A stretch of DNA of 53,333 nt from Octopus bimaculoides (lineage: Eukaryota), in contig NC_068981.1 in NCBI RefSeq assembly GCF_001194135.2, positions 123,770,979 to 123,824,311 on the forward strand. The letters run 5' to 3'. A model generated the notes under the pieces. That model had not been told where the DNA came from and ran no database searches. It worked only from the letters and a program-made list of their open reading frames with translations. A program made the position numbers and the translations under genes. Of the stretch, positions 24,316 to 37,021 are shown piece by piece; positions within the stretch are counted from its first letter, which is position 1; each line of letters begins with the position of its first letter.

Positions 24316-24520
24316 TCATTATTCAGTTTATTTAAATATTTCACGTGTGCGCGTGAGTATGTGTGTTTTTGCTTCTGCGGTTGTCACTTACTTCAGCCAC
24401 CGCTCGACAGCCGAGGTTGGTATGCTTACGTCCATATAACTTAGCTGTTCAGCAAAAAGCACTCGGTAGAATAAATGCCAGACTTTAAAATAAGTACTGG
24501 GCTCGATCTGTTCAACTAAA
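23110..24520 (+). mobile_element. Old SINE family A copy whose internal microsatellite spans a ~930-N gap
   Basis: Head/CORE-like CCTTCGACACGTATG..GTAAACGGAAA before the TG/TA tract and gap. Tail-like ACTTAGCTGTTCAGCAAAA..AATAAGTACTGGGCTCGAT after it. Confidence 0.65.
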
Positions 24521-26630
24521 GCCATTCATACTCCCTTTTAGTTTAATATATAGACCCCAGTATTTTCTAGTACTATCCTTATATATGCGTGCGTGTAGGA
24601 TCCTGAGTGTACGCATTAACTGTGTGTGAATGTGCTTGTATTTGTTTTTCACAAATAGGAATACCAACAAGTAAACTCATCAACGAAGTGAAAAGCATCA
24701 TCAAAACAAGGCACACTACAGAAATGTGGTATACACAGAAACGTGCTAAAGGTATCAGACGAATAGCTATAGCACGATATAAAGAAATCAAATAAGGAAG
24801 GCAACATCTCCATCCTACAAACTGGAAGATTATTCACCAAAGTTGCAGTGGTAGAAATTAACTGCTGTGTTCTCTCGGAAGTAATATGTATTACTGTTTC
24901 GGCTCATTGCAACACCAGTGATTTTTCCATCAGTTTCTCTATATCAGTAACGACGGACTTTGTCTTGGCGTGTAATTTCCAGTGAATGCATCACTACTAG
25001 CTAAACCCAATGAGGCAGAAATGTGCGTCTAGCATTCTCAGCGATACTGCTGAATGATTTTCGTACACAATTGATTTATTTGTGTTTTTGAACTGATATA
25101 TATTTGTGTTTTTAAACTCAATAGCTTCATATGAGATATTACCTTCGGATGAATACTGCTAATGATTTTATTTACCTTTCGTGATATATTTGTATTAAAC
25201 ATGCTACATAAACAGCTATTTAAGTTTAATATTGTTTCTACTGCCTATAACGAATATCTATTCAGCCGGGCAGCTTATACCAGCACCTTTCTACAAGCAT
25301 TTCTTACATTCGTAGAGAGATTCATCTTATATCTTTTTTAACTATTTCTAGCTTTAAATAATTTTTTGACTCTTTTTGACTCTACATAACATTTCGTTGT
25401 CTTCCCTTTCGTTGTTCTTCCGTAATTGAAGAACAGCTTATGTCAATAGAAGACTAAAAGCTTATAATGAAGGAACGCCTGCTATTATATTTGGCAAATG
25501 ATATCTCGATTCCTCCTAAGAAACTATACATTAAAATACTTGTCAGAGAAACGACGCTTAATTATCTAATTGCTGGATCGTTTAATTATGAATAGGGTCC
25601 ATAAACCCTGCAAGCTTACCGAAAGCAGAAAACTGTGAGATTGGCTCTATTAATGCTGTGGTTAAGCTGTTACTGAGCAACGAGGAAATTCTAAAAAGCT
25701 GCTGTTCTTAGAAGAAATGGTTGGATATGATGATTAGAGTAGGGCTGGATGGGAGCTGGAATTCATAGAGGATGACGAGAAATAGTGAAGCGAGTGATTC
25801 AAGAGCACCAGAGAAGTGGAGGTATGAAACCTATGAAGAATTTGCAAACGACAAATTTGGCAGCAAAATGGAAAACTACCACCGCAAACAGCACACTGAA
25901 AGTATTTGAAGTTGACCTCCTTACTATAATCAAAATGTTAACTATTTTAAAATCACCTTTTGTAAAGACCTGAAGGCCACACATTCTATGTCTCTTTCGA
26001 CAAGACAAACGACATGACGGGATTGATAATCCCACTTACGCAAGAAGTCTCAAAAACACCACAAAATATATTCAGGAGTATACCCAAAGACAAAGGTGTA
26101 TATGTGTTTAAAATGTAGTTGATTGTGTGGTAATTCATTCGCCTTATATAGCTTTAATGAACTTCTATTAATTCCTAGTAACACCCTATTCTTCTTTATT
26201 GTCTTCTTAAAACTGCAAATAGCGAATGATGGAAAATGTATGAACGGTTTTATTATTATGCAATTTACTCCGAAATACTGACATTCGATTATTTAGTGGG
26301 TCAGGGACATACGCAATGAGTATAATTGAAAATTTAAAGTCTTTGACATTGTGGAATTCTTCCCTCCTCTAGCCAAATATCCTCTCACAAAAAACAACTT
26401 GTTAGCTGTAGAATTACGACAGGCGTCTATATAATCTTCGATTTCATTGCGCGAACAAGAGTGGCATTTCTCTTCTTGAACGACTCACTCTTGATGAATC
26501 GTAGCGTCACAGAACTATTCGACATTTACACGAGTGTATTTCGATGAAGTGAGAATATGTAATTTAATATGGTTATGCATCGTAGATTCCCTCCAGACAA
26601 AGTTAAAAACACAATAGCCAGAGCTTTGCG

Positions 26631-26775
26631 GTTAAATCGATTACGTCGACCCCAGTGCTCGACTCGTGCTTATTTTATCGACCCCAGTGGAATTTGAGCT
26701 CAGAACGTAGAGACGGACGAAGCGCCGCTAAACATTTTGCCCAACGTGCTAACGATTCTGCCAGTTCACAGCTTT
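26631..26775 (-). mobile_element. tRNA-derived SINE family B
   Basis: Minus strand has A-box-like TGGCAGAATCG, B-box-like GAGCTCAAATTCC, and a central GGGGTCGATAAAATAAG. Paralogs at 47727-47914 and 49080-49265. Confidence 0.8.
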
Positions 26776-27395
26776 ACAAACATTAGATATTACAAATAGC
26801 AACCAAATATTTCCAAAACGATGATCCACTAGAGAGAAATATACTGACCAACAACCTTTATACCTGCTGCCATATACTTGTGAACATTTAAGTATTTGCT
26901 TAACAAGTTTTCAAACTAATTTCATTGTGACATACTAAAGTGATAGCCAACACTCTTAAAAATATAAACAGGAAATAGTGCTAACCAAATTACCTTCACT
27001 ACATACCTACATTCTCGTGTAAACCCTTAAAAACCATAGGAAAGACACTGGATATAACCATCAAATTCTCAAAGTAAAAGGTAAATATCTTACTAATATC
27101 TAAATAACACCAATAACAATCAAAACATACTAACAACCGTATTACATTCTATTTTGAAATCCTTTGATCTGAAGATGATACATCTAAATATACACAGCTG
27201 TTTACAAAGTTGTACATGCATGAATAAATTAAGTCTATTAGCACTTCCCCAAATTCAGTCCATAAAACCTTTATATACCATCTTACAACCGCAACCTAAC
27301 ATACGGCATAATTATCATTCAACAGAACTCATGTTACCCTAGACAATTTTAACTTAACAGAGACTATATAAAGCCAAGATGAACCTAAATGATTT

Positions 27396-27431
27396 ACAGT
27401 CCGATAATGGCCGAAATTTCGACGTCACTGT
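27396..27431 (+). ncRNA. Degenerate minimal hammerhead motif at the end of an A/C-rich PLE-like segment (26790-27440)
   Basis: acagt-CCGATAA-tggccgaaatttc-gacg-TC-actgt. Stem I is intact; the core has drifted from CTGATGA. Confidence 0.4.
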
Positions 27432-28286
27432 CAACACAATTCTTGTAAGAGACTTTTAATATATAATGACATATATATATATGAAGAAAAAGAGAGAGAG
27501 AGATTGGATAGATGGATACATACATGATATAGACAGATATAGAGATAGATAGGTAGATATTATATATGCAAGTATATGCATATATGTGTGTTTGCTTGTG
27601 CGTGTCTGTGTGTGTGTGTGAGGGGGGAGGTGAATATTCCCATAAACTCTAACCTGCCATATATATATTTTCTCTTTATGATTTGCTTAATGATGTGTAA
27701 CATATTTATTATGCGTGACAATTCTACTATAATAATTGTTATTAAGTTTATTCCGTCCGTGTAGACAGAATTTGTGCGCACTCTCTTGGTGGATATGTGT
27801 ATGATAGCCGTGATCAATTTTTTTTTTTGGTGACAGTATTACTAGGATCCTGATATTAATGGGCGATGTTTATCGGAAAATCTTGTGAGACAGATGTGCG
27901 CCAATCTTGTCGTGACAGAACTGTAATAGCCATGTTCGTTGTAGGTTCACTATATTCAAGTCCATATTGAACATTTACAAATTGTTCAGCCTACGCAAGC
28001 TCATATTTGAGTTCATATTAAATATCGTCAACAAACTGAACAGCCTATGCCGGTTTCTAACCATTAAGCATCAGCAATTCTGATGATTTGTTTATATTTA
28101 ATATGAACTTGCATATGTTGACACTGGCACGAAAATTATCATTGTATTCAGACAGAAGACAGATACACACACACACACAGACACACACATGCATACATAT
28201 GCATATAATGCACAAGGGAGTGAATCTATAGATTTCCACCGATTATGTATGAAAGGAGTGGTTGTGTGGTAAGAAGCTTGCTTCCC

Positions 28287-30240
28287 GCGCATGCGCTGGT
28301 TGTCGTGTTCTTCATGTGAACAGTGAGGACGTGAGCTGTGAGCTGTGAGCTCCGGCCTAAAAAGAACAAAAATTAAGACCCAAGGAAGTCCGTCGAGGTG
28401 GGTGACTTTGTTGTTTGGAGTTGGGCAGAATTTATTGCATGTGAAATATTTTTTCAGTAAATTGTGCCCAGCTCTGGGGCAATTTCGCCTAGTCTTGGCG
28501 TTTTTTTTTTTTTCTTTGAGTGAAAAGATACTTTTTAACTTAATTGTGACCCTGATTTAGTTGTCTCAAGCAGCTTTGCTTCTTTGGATCCTCAACTTGT
28601 CCTTTCCAACATAACCTTCGACGCCATTGATATCCTAGCAGCAATAAAAGAAATCAAACCTCATTCAGCAGTGGGTCCGGACAGGATCCCTGCTAGAGTG
28701 CTGAAGCAATGCAGACAGCAACTTGCAGCTCCTATTGCAAATCTCTGGAGGAAATCCCTGGATGCCGGTTTTATCCCTCAAAACATTCTCTCCCAGTCAG
28801 TCGTTCGTATCTGAAAAGAGGAATAAATCGCCCCCTGTAAACTACCGCCCAAGCTCAATCACCTCACATATCATCAACGTATTTGATAGAGTGTTGAGAT
28901 CAAGAATAACAGCCTTCCTAAAACAAAATCATCTAAATTGAAACCAACATGGCTTTCTTAGTGGGAGGGGCTGTCTAACACAGCTCCTCCACCACTTTGA
29001 TGACATCTTAAATGCACTAAGTGAGGGCTCCAACGCGGATGTCATATACCTTGATTTCAGCAAGGCCTTTGATAAAGTTGATCACTATATACTGTTAAAA
29101 ACTATCCAAAGATGGAGTCGGTGGAAAGCTACTTCAATGGATTGGGTATTTCCTAACAAACAGGACCCAGCATGTGGTTGATGGCATCCACTCGAGACCA
29201 GCAAAAGTCATCAGCGGAGTCCCGCAGGCTACTATGCTGGGTCCACTTTTTTTTATTGTCTATATCAATGACATTGCAGATTCCATTGAACATAGCACCA
29301 TAAAATTATTTGCAGATGACTCTAAGCTCTAGAAAGTCATTAAGGGAATATATGACTGAACAATGCTTCAATCGGACAATGCGCAGTAAACCAGTGGGCA
29401 CAATAAAAGACAATATGCAGTTGGACGAAGAAAAATTTGAGCTCATCCACTTTGGAAGATAGGGCACACTCAAACAACCATATACGCTACCGTCGGGAGT
29501 CCTACTTGAACCGTCGGATAATATCAGAGACCTAGGGGTAACTGGCGACATCAACCTTAGTTGGAGTGTGCACATCAACAAAAATGAATCCTCAGAACTT
29601 TCCAATCTAGGGATCATGAAACGCTCATCCTTCTCTTCCCCACATTTGCTAGGCCCCACCTCGAATACTGCTGCCCATATGGTCCCCCTACAAAAAAAAA
29701 CAAGACATAATAAGGATCGAAGCGCCACAAAGATCAATCACAAAAAAATAAATGGCATGATGGGACTTGATTATTGGGCTCGACTTAAAGAGCTGAAGCT
29801 CTATTCTCTGCAACGCCGCCGTAAGTGATACATTATTTGCACCATGTAGAAAATATTTCACCAATATTATCCAAATGATATTGGCATTATGTTTACAATT
29901 CACCCAAAACTAGGTCCCCGTGCAATGCGTCCCCTACAAAGGTCGATAACACATCATATAAGAACATTGCGATACAATTTCTTCACTGTAAATGGTCCTG
30001 CACTTTTCAATGTTATCCCAAAAGAAATTGAAGTAGAAAATGACCACACAACTTTCAAACGGTACCAGGACAAATTCCTCCAGGAAATACAGGATAAATC
30101 ACCCAGACCTGGATACGTCTGTTCGAGTGGTCCATGGTGTCCTGAAATAATTAACTAAAATACTTTTACATGGTGGTGTTATTGAGTTAGCCATGGCCCG
30201 GGCCGATAATGGCCGAAACCAATCTAAGTTATCTAAGTTT
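28287..30240 (+). mobile_element. CR1-group LINE, decayed reverse transcriptase plus 3' end
   Basis: SAVGPDRIP, NYRP..ITS, NQHGF, YLDFSKAFDKVDH, SGVPQATMLGPLFFIVYINDI, LFADDSKL. Ends in a short tandem (A/T)ATCTAAGT repeat. Multiple stops and frameshifts. Confidence 0.9.
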
Positions 30241-30266
30241 TATATATTACATATATGTATTATATA

Positions 30267-30629
30267 CTAGCAGAGATACCCGGCGTTACACGTGTCACAT
30301 GGAATTGGAGAATTAGACATTTTATTAATATTTTCTCTAAAAAACTGGAATATCTATTGCATAGGAAGAAGTTTAATGAGGGTTCTTTCCATCTTTACAC
30401 ACGCCAACAAAAATTCTAATCATGACACATTTATCCCATGCAACTCATCTTTTTGCCCAGATTCCAAAATTCAAATCTTATGGAACGTATTGAAAGGTTT
30501 TTGCTTCTGAAAAATGGAGCTGATGGAGCTCTTTGTGGGAGTGAAGGCCCTATAGGTGGGGGGATCTTAAAGTTAACCAGGGAGTTTAATTTTGGGGAAT
30601 CTTTTTAACTTGGGTCTTATATCTATTGT
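30267..30629 (-). mobile_element. Non-autonomous Helitron 3' end (runs into gap)
   Basis: Minus strand ends ..ACACGTGTAACGCCGGGTATCTCTG-CTAG|T, i.e. a degraded GC hairpin followed by a CTAG terminus before T. Confidence 0.55.
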
Positions 30630-30960
30630 NNNNNNNNNNNNNNNNNNNNNNNNNNNNNNNNNNNNNNNNNNNNNNNNNNNNNNNNNNNNNNNNNNNNNNN
30701 NNNNATATATATATATATATATATAATATATATATATTATATATATATCTATATATATATATATATTATATTATATTATTATAAAATCTGGTAATTAATC
30801 ATATATTAATTAATATCGATTAATTATCAGGAGGCCAGCACATCTAAAGAATCAAAGAGATTCAGAAATAGTATCTGCAATCTCAGGGGATTAAGGTACA
30901 TTTTTAAAAAATAACGTTGACCACTAACGTGGACAATTAATGTGCTAGAAATAGATCACA

Positions 30961-31020
30961 TCTTGTGTCTATTAAGACCTAAATTGTTCTCGAACAATTT
31001 AGGTCTTAATAGACACAAGA
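30961..31020. repeat. Perfect palindrome, 29-bp arms, 2-nt centre
   Basis: TCTTGTGTCTATTAAGACCTAAATTGTTC-tc-GAACAATTTAGGTCTTAATAGACACAAGA. Confidence 0.95.
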
Positions 31021-31082
31021 CGGAGACAGGTGTATAAACAACAATTAGGTGTATAATTTCGACGCTTGGGAAGGTGAGAAAG

Positions 31083-31120
31083 TCTTTTACGTTTCCAGCC
31101 TACGCTCTTCAACAGAAAGA
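31083..31120 (-). ncRNA. Minimal hammerhead-like motif, variant core
   Basis: tcttt-CTGTTGA-a-gagc-gtag-gctg-GAAA-cg-TA-aaaga. It has a 5-bp stem I and a CG minimal stem III, with U in place of core A6. Confidence 0.55.
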
Positions 31121-33154
31121 ACACGACGAAATAAACAGAGAGAGAAAAAAATTCTTTTGGAGTTAGCGGTCAATCATGGCTGGGAGTAATGGTGATTTAA
31201 TGCGGAATGTACATACAAGCTAGGCGAAGAATGTATAAAATTTATTTATTTTGCCTCTGTCGAGTACAGTATGTAATTGCAAGTGACCAACTAGGCTGCA
31301 TTGTACTAGTGACAAATATTCGAAATACTCTATCGACTCTGATGGACATGAAGTAAATCACTTCTTCAAGTAAAATGAATCTCAACTAGAGCTATGTTTT
31401 AGTTAGTTATGCTAGCACATAAAATTATTGGTTTAAATCCTGTTAAATTATTTATAATGTTTTTACGTTGCGATATAAACTAATCTATTACATTAAATGA
31501 TCATTTATGACAAAACTATGTAGATCTCTTGTGACGTGATACGAGATGGGTTTTTTGTTATATGTAAATACTAGTCAAGCAGAAAAAATTGCGGTGTTGG
31601 TAGTGTTGTTGTTATTGATATGCTTTATGCATAACACGAATCGTGTTTCGGAAGTAATTTATTTAGGGAAATAAACTAAAAAGCAGTGAATTTATTCAAT
31701 TTATTCTTTGAATTCATATATACATCAGAAATAATAAGGTTTGTGTTTTCTTTTTTATCGAACTTTGTTTTTCACGCACTTCACTGAAAAGAATAGCCGC
31801 AAATATTACTCACATATACAACAATAGCTTGTGTGATAAAAGGCAAACGATAAAGACTAGAAAAAGAAAGAGAAAAGTAATAAACTTAGCGATTGATTCA
31901 CTAAACCTTAATGTGTTAAGAGATTAATGAGGTTATAAACCTCATTAATAGAAGTGGAGTCACTGAAGCTGCACAGTGACCTTTTTACACACATGTTTAC
32001 AGCAGCTAAAGGTTAGGTGAAGCTCTCCAGTCCGGAAGAGCGTTTCACCAAGGCCACTTCAATGTAAAACATAAAGTTTGCTGGTCACGGCAGCCGTCTT
32101 AGCCTGCTGAGCGTCTAAGGTCGGACTGCCAAGTTTAAAGAGTGGAATCGAATTGCGCGGACTTATTTTCATTTTAAAACCTTGAAGTGTAGACAGGAAG
32201 AAAATCCATGTATCAATGGCAAAGAGAAAATGACGACAGCTGCAACTCCACCTATAGGCAAGCCGCCGACCTTCCTCAAGATATTCAAACACGAAATACT
32301 GCCATCAAGCCTACTACGATTTATTCATTCCAATTATTTTTTAAATGGAGAAACTATTTTACAGAACCATCTAAAGGCAAATATATTATTTTCCTCCTAA
32401 ATATTTGTTGTTATACAATACATGAAATATTTATTGATATACAATAAATATGAAATTTTAAACCAAATGTCATGAAAAAATTCTTTATCGTGAAAAAAAA
32501 TTATTCACTGAAACGTAACATTTAAAACTTTGATGTAAAATATATCGACTGTCACAAAATTACTAGTATTCACATAAGTGAAATCAGAAATAGATATTGT
32601 GACATTTCTTCCTGATTTGGAAAAAAGAAAGATGAAAAAAAAATTGACAGGGAATAATAACCGGAAATGAAATAAAATATTTTTTAAATAAGCATTTTCA
32701 GTTGAAAATTTTAAGAGATTATTTATTAAACTTTTACTGAGATAGACAATTATTTAAACAGAAAATATTCCATATACTAGAAGTAGCATTTTAAACAACC
32801 AAACAATTTAAATTTAAAATGTTACCCCCTTCACGTCAGTAAATTGATGAGTATCGAACTGGTACTTTTGAATTCTCTGCGCAGAACAAAACGCGCTGCA
32901 ACAATTTTTCTGACTCACAACGCTCTGAGTAGATTTCCTAAGGTCAACGTATTTCTTAACCCTTTCAAGTTATTAAACCTACTTAAGTGGTAGATTGTTT
33001 CCAGGTTTAACAAGACTACCTGACTGTTCAGTATTTTTAACAGAGTCCACTCTGTTGCAAACATCTGTGCCAGCTTCCAGTCTGAGGACAATTTCCACAC
33101 TAACTGTTACGAGTCTTGGGCGCCTTGATGAATAAAAGGGCCACTGACTACACG

Positions 33155-33185
<31 letters not shown>

Positions 33186-35375
33186 NNNNNNNNNNATATA
33201 TATATATATATATATATATATCAAGACATCAGAATCAAACCATCAGAATCACGACTTCAGAAGAATGGATGATTATGCATCTTCAAAAATTATTTACTAC
33301 AGTATTATTCGCAGTAGATTCCAGTCTGACACATGTTTCTGTTGCATAAGTGTCCTAGCCTAATGTCCATTGATGTAGCACTTATGTGCACTTTACTTAA
33401 TTTATTTGTAGTACATATTCATCCATGGTAGATATTCCCATGCACCTTTGTTCAAGGTTTTGTCTATTCGCATAGGAGAAGCGAACAGAAGATTCAAGTA
33501 TTAGATAGTATCCTTTTTAAACTATTCTCTAAGTGACTATCATAAAACCATAGGGTACATGATAACAGTTTGCGCTGCGTTAAAACGCGATATCGCTATG
33601 GTTCTCGTATCACTTTAACGTAGAATGACCTTTTTAGATATTAAGAGAAGAGACTATTTTATACACACAGTCGTGGAAAAAAAACTTAATTAAGTCAGGA
33701 TGCTTTCATATCATTGACCGTTCGTAATTAGGATACTATGATACCATATAAGATAAATGAACAGATTAAAATGGAAATACAGATCGTTTCAATTTGCTTC
33801 GTCAGACCCGTACATAGACATAAAAGTTTACACCTTTTTTTTAATATTAGAAGTTTAGTCTCAATTGAGACGAATAAAATAAATTCAAATTCCAATCATA
33901 TTTTATCCTAATTCATAAAAACAAACCTATAACTTTGAGGATTTGTGTATGCTTGTTAAAATCTAACTAAATTAAGTTTGCGTCTGTTTGACTACATTAA
34001 CTTATGTATACTTCTATCTACGTGATTTCTAATTAAAAGTCCTTATTTGGAAAATAGTTAACCACTTTTCTCAATGAATATGCGCATTTTGTTGCAAGAG
34101 AATTTGTGCGAATACTGAGCTAAGTCAGTTTTCTACATAATTTTGTTCAAGTGCCATTTGTTGGTTTATGAACCGTAAGTCATAAAATCATGATTGTATA
34201 TTAACCATGTCAGCAGCGTACAAGCAGATGCATTTAAAAAGAAGTAGTATCAGATAAAAATCTCCATAAAAGATTTAAATTGAGACGATTACCTAAATGA
34301 ACTGAGAGCTAAGGTTAGTGCTTTATAATATTAGTTTCAATTCATCAATAATCCAAGCCGTTAATGGTAAATAATTAATTAACAAGGGTCAATTCAGTTG
34401 ATTCTATGAGCCTCTTCTACAGAAGTTGAACATGAGCCAAGTAAAAAAAAATCGATTTTTCTGATCTAATAAATCTATGAAAAAAGTCAAATCTGAGAAT
34501 TAACTACATCAATGCTTTTGCACACAGTAACCTCTTTAGATTGATCTAAGCGTTGGTGGTAGATTTTCAGAAAGCAACATCTCACAATGGTGCTGATAAT
34601 TGCGAAAGTTACATGATATCTTATATAATTGGCCTCTGTTAATTATTCTATTCTGTATGGTTAATATTCAGGAATATTCTTTGCCATTAGCTATCCAAGT
34701 AAACAGAAATTGGTGATGATATTTCCTACAGTTTGCTGTTCAGTCGATAATAAAAGGCATCGAAAGTGATTGGCTGATTTATAATTAAAGTTAAAGACAT
34801 TTAAATAATTAATTAACAGATAAACCTTATCGCAGCAACACTGCTAGAATATTCTTTACTGCTATCGTAGAAAGTCTTCGACTACAATTTACCAGGATTA
34901 CCACTTCGATAATAATTATGTAGACATATAGCGTAATACAGCATGTTTTTATCACGTTTATATTCCTATCAGCATGAAAAGCTTTCAATGCGATTTTCGT
35001 ATCAATTTGTTATTCAAATAAATACGTGAATCCTGTTTCTTGACGTTTGCCAGTGGAGAAAAACGTTCAAATGTATTGGTTTCTTTCAACATTTGTATTT
35101 TTGACTGCTTTCACTCCGTAAAGTTGAAAGTATGTGCGTACGCGCGTGTGCGTCTGTGTAGGTTTGGCGATGCAAACAGGAAATCAAAACATGAGTATAT
35201 GTATATATTTTTTTTAATATGTAGCTGAAGCAACAGAGTGATTCAAGGGCCGAGAGTTTCGTGCATTGGCACTTATCAAATTCTCAACCCTTGAGTCAAT
35301 CTGTTGGTTCTGCAAAATATTTCCACACACACATACACAAACATACATGTGTGTGTGTGCGTGTGTGTGTATTTA

Positions 35376-35520
35376 TGGCTGTGTGGTAAGAGGATTGCTT
35401 TCCAATTGCATAGTTCCGGGTTCAGTCCTTCTGCGTGGTACCTTAGGCAAGTGTCTTCTACTATAGCCTCGGGCGGGCCAAAGCCTTGTGAGTGGATTTG
35501 ATAGACGGAAACTGAAAGAA
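35376..35520 (+). mobile_element. SINE family A head and CORE region
   Basis: TGGCTGTGTGGTAAG..CCGGGTTCAGTCC..GTACCTTAGGCAAGTGTCTTCTACTATAGCCTCGGG..GACGGAAACTGAAAGAA. Confidence 0.9.
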
Positions 35521-37021
35521 TATTTTTAAAAATATGAAATGAAAGTTTGAAGAAAACGCTTATCTTTATTTTCTCCTGTTTGAAAATTTTTGTGAAGAAC
35601 ACGAGTGAAAACGGCTGCTTCAAGAGTAGGGGTTTGATTTTCGTTTCTGATTCTCATGGTAACATTATAAACACCATAAACTCTATTACGAGCAAGTCAT
35701 GCAACTGTGTTGCTTTTTAAGCAATGTTCTAAAATATTACTTTTAAATGATACATTTAATTAATGTTTTAAAAGCAATAGGTGTGTACGTGGGTGTTCAT
35801 TTTGCATGGGCCTGTGCAGATGCATAGATATACACATACGCACACTCATACACAAAGCATTATATATTCATGTATATATATATACACATATGTATACATA
35901 CACATACACATACATAGACAAGCACCCATATATATTAAACCATATATCAATAAAATCTATCAATAAAGCATTTCGAAACCAACATTTTCTTTTCTTTAAA
36001 CCCGAACGAAAGAAGATTCTGAGCTCAGCTCTTTTGTTCAAACTATTTCTACCTTGAGTCAAAATTTTCAAACTTCGCTCAGACAAAGCTCACACCGAAT
36101 ATTTGATTTGAAGCTCCAGTTTTTGTACAATTGTGCACTATCTATAAAAGACCACGTAATTTTAAATTTATGAGGACCTGTATCACGCAAGAACCATATA
36201 AACTTCAACAAGCCGTAGCACATCTTATATCGAGACTGACAAATGAATGCTTTTATTTGTAATAACAATTTTTGAATGTGAGTTTTACTTACATATTTAT
36301 TTATTTATTGCTTGAAAAAGAAAAGATATAAATGCATTGATCTACCGTAATGGTAGATCAATGGTGCTACTGGTACCAACTTTATCGACCCTGGAAGATT
36401 ATAAAGCAGAGCTGAACTCAGTAAGCCTTGAATTCACATGGAACTGTGCATCACTTACTGTGTTCATTAATTAACCGCTGAAAGGATTCCTACGGCTATG
36501 TTGATACATAAATTTATAGATCTTCATAAGAATAGTTTATTTCAAATTCTGGGATTACACCTTCATTTCCCTTGCAGAGTTAAGATCGTTGAAAGTATTA
36601 TACTTAAAGTTACGTTAAAGATTTCAAAAACGTCTTCGATTTAGTTCCATAGATAAGCTTGTTAAAATGTTCACACTTCGATACATATTATAACAAGCAG
36701 TATATTATAATAGATTGTTGTTATCAAGACAGTCATCAAATATCATTAACATAATCATCATTGTCCTTAATTTACATCCTCGTTTCATGAGAAATTCCGA
36801 ATAAGAAGTAACTTCTTATTCGGAATTCCTGCCCTCCGAAAATGATCGGAGGAACATATCTCGCTCGTGCGTTGTGTTTTTGAAATGGTTTCTACATCTC
36901 AGAGTCGTTCCTAATCCCAACCACTTTACAAAATGTTTTCGGTTCATTTTATCTTGACACTAGCACTAGAGAAATTTTCATATCTTATAAATCCACTGGT
37001 TCACCAACTGGATCCGTTACA

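Noticed and set aside
32182-32270. EGF-like exon (CRQEENPCING)
   Set aside because: Only two cysteines; the remaining EGF pattern is absent.
32915-33100. Leucine-rich-repeat-like ORF (LLNLETIYHLSRFNNLKGLRNTLTL)
   Set aside because: It does not fit LxxLxLxxN periodicity convincingly. It is short and has no splice support.
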